Program-made: the position numbers and the translations under genes | In this document: piece by piece, positions 24,013-35,252 of the stretch | How the letters are laid out: every line of letters begins with the position of its first letter | Numbering within the stretch: position 1 is the stretch's first letter | Notes under the pieces: generated by a model | Databases searched by the model: none | The model's input: only the letters and a program-made list of their open reading frames with translations | Told to the model about the DNA's origin: nothing | Source: Scenedesmus sp. PABB004 | Taxonomy: Eukaryota | DNA: 64,000 nt | Reading direction: 5' to 3' | NCBI GenBank assembly: GCA_014905635.1 | Contig: JABVCE010000014.1 | Coordinates: 62,001 to 126,000, forward strand

Positions 24013-24553
24013 TCACCAGCGCCCGATGCTGCCATCGGCCAGGCCCGCCTCCTCCTCGGGAGTGCTCTCGCGCCCGAGCATGGCGTTGCGGTGAGGGAAA
24101 CGCCCCCAACGCGCGATGACGTCCCGGTGCGCGCTGGCAAACTGCACCTGGGCCGCCCACGCCGCGGCCGCGGGCGACGCCGGGTCGAGCGCGCGCGCCG
24201 CCGCGAGCTCGCGCTCGGCCACGTCCACGCAGCGCTGCTGGTCCTCGAGCCGCTCCGAGTGCATGAACGGCGTGTTGACAAACGACCGCACCACGCCCGG
24301 CAGCTGCGCCGCCGCGGCGCCAGAGTCCTGCAGCGCCCTCGCCCACGCGAGCGCCTTGGCGTCGAGCTCAAACGCGCGCGCGCTGCCGCGGTAGATGTTG
24401 CGCGTGAACTGGTCTGCCAGGATGATCCCCGCCGCCGCCGGCCACGGCGAGGCCTGCCACTCGTCGAGCGCGCCCGACGCGAGCGCCTCGACGTCGCGCT
24501 TGAACTCGGCCGTGATGTGCTGCGCGCGCGCCCGCGGCGGCGACGGTCGCGGC

Positions 24554-24586
<33 letters not shown>

Positions 24587-24990
24587 GCGCGGGCCGCTCG
24601 CTGCCCGCCGGCGCGCTCTGTCGGCGCGGCCGGCGCGCTGCCGCGCGGCAGCCCACCGCGTCGACGGCGGGGCCGCCCTTGTACCACCGCGCCGCGCCCT
24701 GCTCCGCCGGCGTCCACCAGCGGGGGTCGGTCTGCGTCGCGTAGTCCGGCCCAAACCTGCGGGCGCGGCGGGCGGGCGCGGCGGGCAGTGGGCGCCGGTC
24801 AGCAGCAGCGCCACTGCGCTGTGCGCGCGACACCGCACCAGTATGCGAGCACCGCGTGGGCGCGCTCCGGGATGGGCGCTGGGGGGCCCTGCCCGGCCGA
24901 CATGGCGGCGCGGCGGAGGCGCGCGGCGCTGCGCGGCAGCGGCAGCGGCGCGCCCGGGCTGCTGCGGTGCGCGAGCAGCGCCCTGCGCAT
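24013..24990 (-). CDS. DUF924-family protein, possibly with a transit peptide
   Basis: AVLAYWFG, WYKGGPAVD, IILADQFTRNIYRGSARAFELD, PFMHSE and HRDVIARWGRFPHRNAMLGRESTPEE are the DUF924 signature; ATG at 24990 or 24903. Confidence 0.92.
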
Positions 24991-25182
24991 GAGGTGCAAC
25001 AGGGCGCGGCGGTTGTGACGACGGGGGTGGAGCGGCGGTGTGCGGGGCGCGGCGCAGCGCGGCGGAGCCAGGCGGAGCTGCGCGTCGCCGAGCTCGGAAC
25101 CCCGTCGCGACGGCGGCGAGCCCCAATCGGCGCCGGCCAGTTCTGCCATCACCCGCAGCTGCGCGGCACGCGCCGGAAGCCC

Positions 25183-25369
25183 ATGGCGCCGGCAGCAGCG
25201 GCGGCGGAGGCGCCAGCAGCGGCGGAGGCGCCGCCAGCGGCGGCGCAGGGGCCGCCGGGCGGCGCAGGCGCGCTGGCCGTGGGCGCCACGGTGACGGTCA
25301 AGCGCCACGGTCGCGCCCGGATCATCAGCGAGGCGCGCGAGGACGGGCGGCTGCAGGCGCGAGCGCGGC

Positions 25370-25401
<32 letters not shown>

Positions 25402-26526
25402 TCCGCCGCTCAGCGCCCCCGCCGCCGCCGCCCCAGGTGCGCTACCTCTCGGACGGCTCCACCTACTGGGCGCGCCCCAGCTCGCTGCGCCCGTTCGAGC
25501 AGCCCGCGGCGCGGCTGCTCGTATGCAGCACCACGCGGCACTATCGCGACGCGGCGCTGCGCTACGCCCAGCCGGACGACGTGGTGCTCGAGGTCGGCTG
25601 CCACGAGGGTGAGCCGCTGCCGGCACCGGCGTGCGGCGGGCTGCGCGCGGCGGCGTCCGGGCGCCGCCCCCGACGCCCCGCGGTCTCAGCGCGACGACGG
25701 GCCGCGGCGGGGCGCCGCTGACCCGTCGCCGCCAAGGTGTGACGACGGCGTTGCTGACGCCGCGCGTCAAGTGGGTGATGGGCGTGGACATCGCAGACGA
25801 CCCCGTCGCGCGGTGGGGCGGCGGGGCCGCGCGGCGCCGCCGCCGCGGGCGCCGCAGCGGCGGCGCCCGCCCGCCGCGCCCGCGGCGCGGCCGACCCGCG
25901 CCCCGCCGCGCCGCCGCGCCGCCGCGCGCCGCACGCCGCAGTGCGCGCGCGCGGTTCCCGGGCTGCCGCTTTCGCGTCGCCGACGGCTTTGACGTGCCGC
26001 CGCTCGTCGCGGCGAGCCCGACTGGCACCTTTGACAAGATCTTCATCGACATCAGCGGCCTCGCCGAGCTGCAGCTGCTGCTCAGCCTCGTCGGCATCTA
26101 CTTCAGGCGCGGCGGCCGGCGCGGGCGCGGGCGCGGGCGCCGTCGCGCACAGCGCGGCACGCAGAGCGTGCGCCGCCGACGCACGCCGTCGCCGCCGGCC
26201 GGCGGCGCAGGACGTTCAAGCAGGCGGTGCTCGTGGTCAAGAACAAGCACTTTGCGCACATGCTGCACCACACGGCGCTGTACCTGCCGGCGACAGAGCT
26301 GGCGCACCAGCAGCAGCGCGAGCAGCGGCAGCGTGAGCAGGAGCAGCCAGGGCAGCGCCAGCAGCAGGGGCCGCAGCGAGAGCGGCGGCAGCAGGGGCGG
26401 CAGCAAGAGCGGCGGCAGGAGACGCAACAGGAAGCGCAGCAGGAGCGCGAGGCGCAGCAGCAGCAGGAGGCGCAGCCGCAGCAGGAGGCGCGGCGACAGC
26501 AACCGCAGGCGAGCGCCGAGGGCTGA
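25183..26526 (+). CDS. Class I SAM-dependent methyltransferase-like protein with an N-terminal Tudor/SH3-like barrel and a Gln-rich tail
   Basis: DVVLEVGCHEGVTT (motif I), VMGVDI, FRVADGFD and FDKIFIDISG; N-terminal LAVGATVTVKRHGRARII..VRYLSDGSTYWARPSSL. Confidence 0.8.
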
Positions 26527-27165
26527 CTGACTTTTTTACAACGGCTGCCGAGCAGTCGGGCAACTCTCAGGCATCAAACCTTCGCCGCCGCGCCGCGCTG
26601 AGCTACAGACACTCAGCGCGCCCCGAGGTGGCAGCGCGCCGCAAACAGCCCGCGCCGTTGGCCCCGCGTGGCGTGTTGCAGCCAGCGGGGGCCCAACGCG
26701 GCGGCCAAGCAATGCGGCTGCCGCGCATGCACGCCGCGCATGCACGCCGTGCAGAGCTCGCGCCGGCGCGCACGCCCGGCACGCGCCGGGGCGCGCGCCG
26801 TGTACAAGCAAGGCAGCTGCCCGGCGAGCGGTGTGCGCCGGGTGTCAGGCACGTCAGTCAAAGGGACAGGCTGCGCGCACGCGAAAGCAGTGAAGAGAAA
26901 AGCGGGTGCGGTCGTCAGGGTGTCGACGTCAAAGCAAATGTGCACGGCGGCGGCGCGCGCCGTCGACGTCGGCGGCGCGGCCCCTGTCAGCCGTCAGGCG
27001 CTCGCGTGACACCCGCCGAGGCCGCCGCTGCTGCTGGGGGAGCGTTGGGAGGGACCCGCCGTCGAAGGAAAAGTCTAGGGTGCTGTTGGTACACTGCTGC
27101 TGCCGCTGCTTGCCGCTGCTCGCCGCTGCTTGCCGCTGCCGCTGCTGCTGCGCTGGCCGGCAGCC

Positions 27166-28423
27166 TCACAGCAGGCCGCAGAACTCGTCCGGCGCCGCAA
27201 GCAGCCGCTCGTGCGCGTCCTCCAGGAAGCCCTGGCGTCGGCGGCGCCCCGGCGGCGGTCAGCGGCGGCCCAGCAGCCCGCCCGCGCGCCGCTGATTGCG
27301 TTGCGCCCCGCGTGCGCCGCGCCGCGCCCGTGCCGCACCTTCCTGATGCCCACCACGGGGTAGGCCACGAGGCTGATGCGCAGCCCCAGCGCCGCCATGA
27401 GGGGGTCGCTGCCCATGAACTCGGCGGTCTGACCGCGGCGACGGCGGCGGCGCGCGGCGCGCATTGGCGGCAGGGGCAGGCCGCAGCCGCGGCCGCGAGG
27501 GCAGCGCGGCGCGAGGGCGGCGCGGCGCGAGGGCGGCGCGGCGCCAGGGCAGCGCGGCGCGAGGGCAGCCCAGCGCGGGGGCAGCGCGGCGCGGGAGCAG
27601 CGCGGCGCGAGGGCAGCGCGGCGCGGGCGCGGCGCTGCGCGTGCCGGGCGCGGGCGCGGTGCTGCGCGGGCGCTGCGCTGCGCGGGGGCGGTGCAGCACG
27701 AGGGCGGCGCGGCGCTGCGCGTGCCCGCGGCGCTGCGCGTGCCCGCGGCGCACCATGACCTGGATGTCGGCGTCGCCCCGCGCCGCGCGGCCGCTGTCCT
27801 TGCGCAGCACCGTGTACTCCCAGTCGCGGTAGCACAGCACCAGCCGCAGCTCCGTGCGCACCACGTCGCCTGCCGCGCGCGCGCGCGGCGCAGCGGCGTC
27901 GGCGCGGCGTCGGCGCGGCGTCGGCGCGGCGGCGCGGCACAGCGCGGCGCTCGCACGGCGCGGCGTCGGCGTCAGTGCGGCGTCGGCGCGGCGCGCGGCG
28001 CGCGCACCCGGCAGCGCGAGGCACTCGGTCGCGGGCGTGAAGCGGCTGAACGCTTCGCTCGTGCAGTAGTCTGGCAGCTGCGCGGGCGTGGCGTAGTGGC
28101 TCTCCACCAGCTCCTTGGGCAGGTCCTGCAGGGCGCGGGGCGCGCGGCTCGGCGCGCCGCCGCGCGTGCGGGCGCCCGCCAACCGCCGCCGGCGCCGCGG
28201 TCCGCCGCGCGGCGCCCGCGCGCGCCTGCAGCGCATCCAGCGTCGCGAGCGGGCGCAGCTCCAGCTTGTTCAGCTTGGTCTGGCCCTGCCCGCCGAACCA
28301 GCGGATGTAGAGGATGTGCTCGATCGCCTCCGCGTGGCGCTGCTGCTGCGGCGCCGCCGCGTCCGGCGCGGCCAGGCGGCGCCGCTTGGCCGCGGGCTCG
28401 TCACCACCGCGCCGGTCCGCCAT
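27166..28423 (-). CDS. Hypothetical ~200-aa protein with an N-terminal NLS-like motif (PAAKRRRL)
   Basis: ATG 28423; five coding-like exons (EHILYIRWFGG, ELVESHYATP, ELRLVLCYRDWEYTV, LGLRISLVAYPVVGIRK, GFLEDAHERLL..CGLL*). Confidence 0.7.
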
Positions 28424-28828
28424 GGCCACCCTCCCGCGCTGCCGCGGCCTGCTGAGCGGCGGCCGGGCGCCGCTGGCAGGGGCAATTGCAGGCCGGAGCG
28501 TGCGTGGCAGGGCTCGCGCGGCGCGTCGGGGCGGGCGTGCGGCGTCGTGGCGGCGGCAGCGGGGCGCGGGGCTGCACTGGGCGGTGCGCGGGGGGCGGGG
28601 AAGGCGCGGGGAGCGAGTTTGGCCGGCCGAGACCCGCGGGCACAGCGGCCCCGCGCCCCGCGCGCGCGCGGTCGTGCAGGCCCCCACCCGCCGCCCAGAG
28701 CCAGCCAGAGCCCGTACGCGGCATCCCGTCCCCCCGCCGCGCCCGCCCGGGCCGGTCGTCCGGGTGTACTGTGTGCGCGCGCGCCGCGCCGCGCCGCCGC
28801 CGAGCGCCGCCGCGGCCCCGGGGCCGCC

Positions 28829-30469
28829 ATGCCGCTCATTTACGCGGGCGTGGCCCGCGGGTCGGCCATGCTGGCGGAGTACAGCCTCTTCGCGGGCAAC
28901 TTTCAGGCGGTCGCGAAGGACTACCTGTCGCGCGCCGCGCACACCGGGCGCTTCGCGCACACCGTGGACGGCCACGTCTTCAGCTTCCTCGCCGAGGAGG
29001 GCTACTGTGAGCCCCAGACCCGCCCCGCCGCGCGCGCGCGCGCCCACGCGGGCGCTCCCGGCCGCGCGGCGGCGCACGCTGCCCCGCGCGCGGCGCCCGC
29101 CCGCTGCCCTGACGCGGCGCCCGGCCCCGCCCGCTCCGCGTGCAGGCTACGTCGTCGTGTCGGACGAGGCCGCGGGGCGCACCATCCCCAGCGCCTTCCT
29201 GGACCGCGTGAAGGGCGAGTTCTTCGCAAAGTATGCGGAGAAGGGCAGCGCCGTCAAGGAGCTCGGGCTCAGCAGCTTCGGGTGCGGCGGCGCTACTCCT
29301 GCCACGCCATCGTCCGGCGGGCAGGCCCGCCGCTGCATGGCACGGCGCGGCGGGACGCGCGCGCGCGCGCGCGCTGAGCGCCGCGCCGCCGCCGCCGCCG
29401 TTGCCGTGTCGCCGTGTGCGCTGCGCGCGCAGCAAGCGGCTCAAGGAGATGATGGAGCACGCGACGCAGTTCCCCGAGGAGTACTCCAAGGTCTCGTCGG
29501 TGCAGAAAAGGGTGCGGCGCGCGCGCGGCGGGGGCGCAGGGTGGTGCCGCGGCGGCGGCGGCCCGCGTGCGGGGCGCGCGCGCGGCGGGCGGCCGAGCTT
29601 GGCAGCTCGGGCGCCGCTGCCGCCGCCGGGGAGCTGAGCGCGCGCGCCAACGCGCGCGCCGCCGCCGGCTGGCCGGGGCCGCCGCCGCTGCGCGCCAGGT
29701 GGACGAGGTCAAGGCGGTGATGAGCGACAACATCGAGAAGGTGCTCTCGCGCGGCGAGAAGCTCGACCTGCTCGTGGACAAGACGGACAACCTCATGTTT
29801 GAGGCGCGGCGCGGCTGCTCGCGGCGCAGCATGGCTGGGGGCGGCTGCGGGAGGGCCGCGCGCGGCGCGGCTGCGCGGCGGCAGCCGGCTGCGCGGCGGC
29901 AGCCGGCTGCGCGCGGCGCGGCGCGGCGCCGGCGACGCGCGCCGAGCCCCCGCCCCACCAACCAACCGCCCCCGCTCCACCAACCCGCACCGCTCAACCA
30001 ACCCGCGCCGCGCCGCGGCGCCAGGCGGACCGCTTTGTGAAGAGCGGGCGCGCGCTGCGGCGCAAGATGTGGTGGAACAACCTCAAGATGAAGGTCGTCA
30101 TGGCGGTCGCCGTCATCATGGTCTGCCTCATCATCTTCCTCCTCATCTGCTTCGGTGGTGCGCCGCGGCCTAAACCCTGGCACGGGCCGCGGCGCCGCGC
30201 GCGCCGCGCGCGTGCTGCGCGTGCTGCGCGTGCGCGGCGGGCGCGCGGGCCCGGGCCTGGCTTGGGGCACAGGGCTGTGGGCGGGCTTTTGACCGGCTGG
30301 GCGCCCGCGACCGCGCGCGTGCGCGCCCGCCCGCGCGCCGGCCGCAGGCGGGCGCAGCTGCATCAAGAGGCGCCACGCCGCGGCGGGGGCGCCGGCGGCC
30401 TCGCCGCAGCCGCCGGTCGTCGCCGGTGGCAACCGGCGGCTGCTGCTGCAGCTGCTGGACAGCCTGTGA
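28829..30469 (+). CDS. VAMP72: Longin R-SNARE, VAMP7/VAMP72 type
   Basis: [80 protein letters not shown], then a TM helix; TGA 30467-30469. Confidence 0.95.
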
Positions 30470-30911
30470 GCGGGGCGGCGGGCGCTGCGGCTGCAGCCGG
30501 AGCGAGAGGGCCGCGGCGAGGGCGGCGGGCGCTGCGACAGGCGCTCGGCGCACAGGGCTGCGCTGTGCTGTGTGTGTCGCAGCGGCTGGGGGCGGGGGGC
30601 GAATAAGGTCGCGCGCGCGCGGGCTGCGCTCTCCCGCATTCCAGGCAGCTGCCTGCAGGCGGGCGGGGCGCACGAGGCGGCTGCAGGGATTCCACGGCCG
30701 GCCTGGCGGTGCGCTGAGCCGCTGAACTGCTGCTGGGGCTGGTGCGGCGGCTGACGGCAACTGCCTGGTCGGCGCACGGGCACGGCGCCGGCCGTGTGTC
30801 AACTCCCTGGTTGCCGTGCCTGCCGCAGCTACGCATGCCAACTCCGTGCAGCGCCGCCTGGCCCCCGCGCGCACCCGCCGGCGCCAGCCGCGGCGCCCGC
30901 CTCGCCCGCGG

Positions 30912-32237
30912 TCACGCGGGCTGGGCGCGCGCCCAGTCGGCCACGGCGTCGTGCCCGCGCTCCCACGCCGCTGCTGCACAGGCCGCTCGGTCCCAGGGGC
31001 AGGGCGGCTCGCGCGAGTGCAGCCAGCGCAGGAGGTCCAGGTGGCCGGCAGCCGCCGCCTGCTTGCAGACCTGCTCGCTCCAGGGCGCGGGGTCGGGCTG
31101 CGCGCGCGCCCACTCGAGCACCTCCAGGCGCCCGTGCTGCGCAGCCTCACAGCAGACCGCCTGGTGCCAGGGGCAGGGCGGGTCCTGCGCGCGCAGCCAG
31201 CGCAGCGCCTCGAGCGAGCCGCCGCACGCCGCCGCGCCGCACGTGTGAACGTCCCACGGTGCGGGCGGGTCCTGGCTGCGCAGCCATGACAGCACGGCGA
31301 CGTGCCCCTGCTTGGCCGCCAGCGCGCAGGCCAGCGAGTCCCAGGGGCACGGCTCCGGCTGCTGCGCGCGCAGCCACTGGAGCGCCGCGAGCTGGCCGCC
31401 CGCAGCCGCGGCGGCGCAGGTGCGCGGACTCCACGGGGCGCCGCGCTCGCGCGCCCAGGCCAGCACGTGCAAGTGCCCGCCCGCCGCCGCCGCCGCGCAG
31501 ACATCGGCGGAGAGCGCCGGCGCCCCCGGCTGCGCCGCCACCCAGGCCAGCACGTCCAGGTGCCCGCCGAGCGCCGCCGCCTCGCAGACTTCCGCGCCCC
31601 ACGCGAGGCGGGGCCGCCGCGTGCGCGCCCACCGCAGCACCGCGACGTGCCCGCCGCCGGCGGCCGCCGTGCACACGCGCCCCATCGCGCACGCCTGGCT
31701 GCGCAGCCAGGCCAGCCTCGCCACGTCGCCGCACTCCGCGCGCGCCTCGGACAGCCACTCCTGGGCGTCGCGGCGCCGCTCCGCGCGGCAGGCCGCATAG
31801 GCTTCGCGAACGGCCACGGGCGGGAGGTCTGGGCAGCGCAGCGAGACGGCCGTGGCGCCGCGGAAGCGCTCGCGCGCGGCCTTGCAGACTCGCTTGGCGC
31901 TCCACGCCTGCAGCGCCGGCGGCAGGCGCCCCAGGATGTCCAGCAGCGCGACGCCGTCCGGCAGCCGCAGCGACACCGCGACGCCGAGCAGCCGCGACAC
32001 AGCGGCGGGCGGCAGCGCCCGCGCCGGCGCGGACGCGGGCGCCTTGCCGTGGCCGCCGCCCGCGTCGGCGAGCGACTCCACGCTGCTCGTGTCGAGCTGC
32101 TGCAGCGCCGCGAGAACGAGGGCCTCCACTCGCTCCGCCGGCAGCTCCGCCGCGGCGGGCTCGAGCCGCCAGAGCAGCGTGTCGACGGCGTCGGCAAACT
32201 CCGCCCGTATCGCCGCGAGCACACCTAGTGGGCGCAT
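30912..32237 (-). CDS. Intronless F-box-like + ankyrin-repeat protein (CAAAAxGGHLxVLxWLR..xCPW type)
   Basis: About 7 repeats of C.AAA.GGHL.VL.W.R....PCPWD; N-terminal LPDGVALLDILGRLP..SAKRVCK looks F-box-like; start uncertain (32237 or 32303). Confidence 0.88.
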   Translation of the reverse strand: MRPLGVLAAIRAEFADAVDTLLWRLEPAAAELPAERVEALVLAALQQLDTSSVESLADAGGGHGKAPASAPARALPPAAVSRLLGVAVSLRLPDGVALLDILGRLPPALQAWSAKRVCKAARERFRGATAVSLRCPDLPPVAVREAYAACRAERRRDAQEWLSEARAECGDVARLAWLRSQACAMGRVCTAAAGGGHVAVLRWARTRRPRLAWGAEVCEAAALGGHLDVLAWVAAQPGAPALSADVCAAAAAGGHLHVLAWARERGAPWSPRTCAAAAAGGQLAALQWLRAQQPEPCPWDSLACALAAKQGHVAVLSWLRSQDPPAPWDVHTCGAAACGGSLEALRWLRAQDPPCPWHQAVCCEAAQHGRLEVLEWARAQPDPAPWSEQVCKQAAAAGHLDLLRWLHSREPPCPWDRAACAAAAWERGHDAVADWARAQPA

Positions 32238-32247
32238 CGGCGACGCA

Positions 32248-32865
32248 ATGTTGCGGAGCGGTATGACGGTTCGGGCGTTCCATCCACATGGACCCGGCGA
32301 CATGGACTATGAGAAACTCCTGCGCACCGAGGGGCAGACCGCCGCCGCCGCCGCCGCCGACGCGGACGCCGCCAAGGCGTGCGCCGCCGTCGCGGATGCC
32401 GTCAAGGCCGCCGCCGCGCGCCGGGCGGCGCTGAGCTGTGACACCACCCTATACACGCTAGTCAGTATCTTTGGCAGCAGCAATGTTGTGGCCGGTTGGG
32501 AGTTGCTGGAGCACACCAACGGCCAAGCACCCAAGACCGAGGTTGACAGCGTGGTCAAGGAGTTGCTCGATGTGCTCGCTAGGCACAACATCTCACCGGG
32601 CCGAGTGCCGGGGAAGGAGCTTCAAGCCGGGGCCGGCGCGACGCACGCTGCGAGGCACCCCGACGACGCTGCTCGTGCGATCGAGCTGACGCGCGATGAG
32701 TATGTGGCTGTGGCGCCGGCTGACGCTCGTGATGAGGTCGCGGCAGCGTTTGATGCGTCCGTAGACCTCACGCGGCGTCACAAGATGACGTGGGGGGAGT
32801 TCATCACGCGCTTCATCAAGCACGCCCCTCGGCCGCCGCCCCGTGCGCTATCGTCGTTGCTTTGA
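32248..32865 (+). CDS. Intronless orphan ORF (~190-205 aa) with atypical, lower-GC codon usage
   Basis: Open frame with complex, non-repetitive protein sequence and many A/T third positions; TGTAA signal 40 nt after the stop; ATG at 32248 or 32302. Confidence 0.6.
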   Translation: MLRSGMTVRAFHPHGPGDMDYEKLLRTEGQTAAAAAADADAAKACAAVADAVKAAAARRAALSCDTTLYTLVSIFGSSNVVAGWELLEHTNGQAPKTEVDSVVKELLDVLARHNISPGRVPGKELQAGAGATHAARHPDDAARAIELTRDEYVAVAPADARDEVAAAFDASVDLTRRHKMTWGEFITRFIKHAPRPPPRALSSLL

Positions 32866-32969
32866 GCCGGGGGGCGGCGTGGCCGCCTGGCGCACAGCGC
32901 CTGCATGTAACACCCACTCGCGCCGCCGCCGATGAGCGCACGCGCACTCCGCTGCCGCCGCTGCAGCAC

Positions 32970-33932
32970 ATGCTGCGCGCCGCGCAGCGCCGCGCCGCGC
33001 GCGCCGGCGGCGGCGGCGGCGCCGCGCGGAAGGTGAGCGACGACGCTCCGCGCTCAACGCCGCCGTGGTGCTGGCGTTTGCGGCGCACAGCGCGCGCTCG
33101 CCGCACCGCGCGGCGGTCGTCGCGGCGCAGCTCGGCGGCCTGGCGGCGATGTGGGCGGGCATAAGGTGACGCGCGCGCGCGCCCTCTGACCACCCCCGCG
33201 CGCCGCGTCGGGCCCGCGGGCAGCCAACGCGCGCGCCGCGCCCCCCGCCGCCCCGCAGCTGCGTCATGCGCGCCGCGTCGGCACCCGCGGCGCGCCTGGG
33301 GCTGCGGCTCGCGCCACACTTCATCAACCCCTTTGGCGCGACCTCCCTGACAGACTTTTGGGCGCGGCGGTGAGTGCCGGGGCCGGCGGGGCCGGGGCCG
33401 GCGGGGCCGGCCTGACCAGCTGGTCAGCGGGCGCCCTCCGCGCCCACGCGCGCGCTGCCTGCCGCCGCATCGCAGCTGGAACATCACGCAGGGCCTGGTG
33501 CTGCGCGCGCTGGTGTACGAGCCCATCGCCGCCGGCCGCCTCGTGCGCACGGCCAACGAGCGCGGCGGCGCCGGCGCGGCGCCGCCGCGCTGGCGCCGCC
33601 AGGCGGCCGCGGCCGCCACGTTTGTCTGGAGCGGCCTGGAGCACGACCTGTTTCTGTTCTACGTGCTGCGCCGCCCCGGCGGGCGCTGGCTGCTGTTCTT
33701 CAGCGCCCAGGGCGCGCTGCTGGCGGCCGAGGGCGCGCTGCGCCGCCGCGCGGCGGCGGCGGGCCTGGCCCTGCACCCGCGCGTGGCGCTGCTCGCGGTG
33801 CTGCTCTGCCTGGGAATCACCGCCGACCTCTGGTTCTGGCCCGACCTCCTGGCGCTGCTCGACATGCTGCACGCTGCGCTGCCGCCGTGGGCGCGCGCGC
33901 TGGGCGCGCGGGCGGCGGCGGCGTGGCCGTGA
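32970..33932 (+). CDS. Wax synthase-like MBOAT acyltransferase; short, 5' end uncertain or truncated
   Basis: LGLRLAPHFINPFGATSLTDFWARRWNITQGLVLRALVYEPI, ATFVWSGLEHD (catalytic His) and WLLFFSAQG. Confidence 0.85.
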
Positions 33933-35252
33933 GCTTGCAGGTTGGCGGAATGAGGAGCGGCGGACGAGTTGAGAGACGCGTGGAAAGGCGCTGTGAGCAC
34001 AGCATGCAGGCCGCATGGATGCGCTGGCAGACGATCTCTTGTGAACCCCTCCACACAACACCTGCGGCGGGGGAGTGCTGCCAAGGGGTGGGAAGGCTGG
34101 CGGCGGGCGGCGAGGCGCCGCGCCAGCCATGGCGCGGGCGAGGCGGGTGCGTGCGTGGCGCGGCGCTGGCGGAGTGCGTTGCATGCGCGGACAGGCCGCG
34201 GCGCGGGCTGGGCGCGGGCCGGCTGGGTGCTGCCGCGTGTGGCGCGCGTTGTCGTGCACCGCCGCGCCCGGCGCGCCGCCCGGCGCCGCCGTGGTGCGAG
34301 GCTGCGGGTGACGGGTTTCAATTTTTGGCGGTGCTTTTTGAGCCAACCGCCTCCGCCCGCCCGCCGTCGCGCGCCGCCCGCCTGCCCAGGCACAGCCCCC
34401 GCGCCGACCGTGCGCAGGCCCGCCCCGCCGCCCCCGCAGCACGCGTGCGCAAAGCGGCGCGGCATCACAGCCAGCCCCCCGCCCCCTCTGTGACCCCGCA
34501 CCCAGCCCCCTGCTGCGTCAGGGGACGCAGCGTCATCATCAGCCCGGCGCAGCACCAATGCGGCGGCTGCGCACTCAGTTCACAGGGGCAGCTGCGGCGT
34601 CGACGCCCAAAACGTGTGCTCGCTCGTACTGTACACGGCGGGCGCGCGGGCCCCCGGCGCCGCCGGCGGGGGCATGCGCCCCGCGCGCAGGCGGCGGCGC
34701 CGACGCGGCCAGGCTCGCTGCTGGCAGCTAGCAGCTGCACGAGAGCGCGTAGCCCCAGCACCTCGGGCAGCTCCGGCAGCGCCGGCGCGTCGTCGGCCTC
34801 GCCCACCGCGCCCGGCGCCGCGGCGCGCGCGCGCGTGCGGCGGCCGGCGCGGGGCGGGGCTTGCGACGACATGGCGCCTGCGGTCGTGCCTCCCGCGGTC
34901 GTGCGCAGCAGCGGCGGGCCTCCGCTCGGCGCGGGCGCGGCGGCAGCAGCGGCGGGCGCGTGTGCGCTCGCTGCTGCCAGCGCGACGCACCGGCTCGGGG
35001 GCCGGGCGCGCGCTGTCTGGAGCGCAAGAAGCAGAGCGTGGCAGGGCGCCCACGAGTGGGCGCGGCGCGCGGCGGTGCGGCGCGCGTGCGGTCGGCGCGG
35101 CGCACACGCTGCGGCGGACGGCTCGCAGGGTGTGCAGCTGATGTTGGGGGGCGGGGGTGTGCCGTGTCGCGGGCGCGCGGGGTGGAGAGACGCGGCCCCG
35201 CGGCAAGCGTTACAACGCTGCAGCGCGTCACGCGCAGCGCGCACGTCGCGGC

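Noticed and set aside
27490..27990. Degenerate 11-17-nt GC tandem repeats in introns (also 29865-29910, 7917-7950, (AAC)n at 3878-3917, (GT)n tracts)
   Set aside because: Ordinary slippage mini- and microsatellites with no evidence of function.
30168..30178. Telomere-like CCTAAACCCT motifs (also ~4457)
   Set aside because: Single copies inside introns, not arrays. They may be chance matches or branch-point-like.
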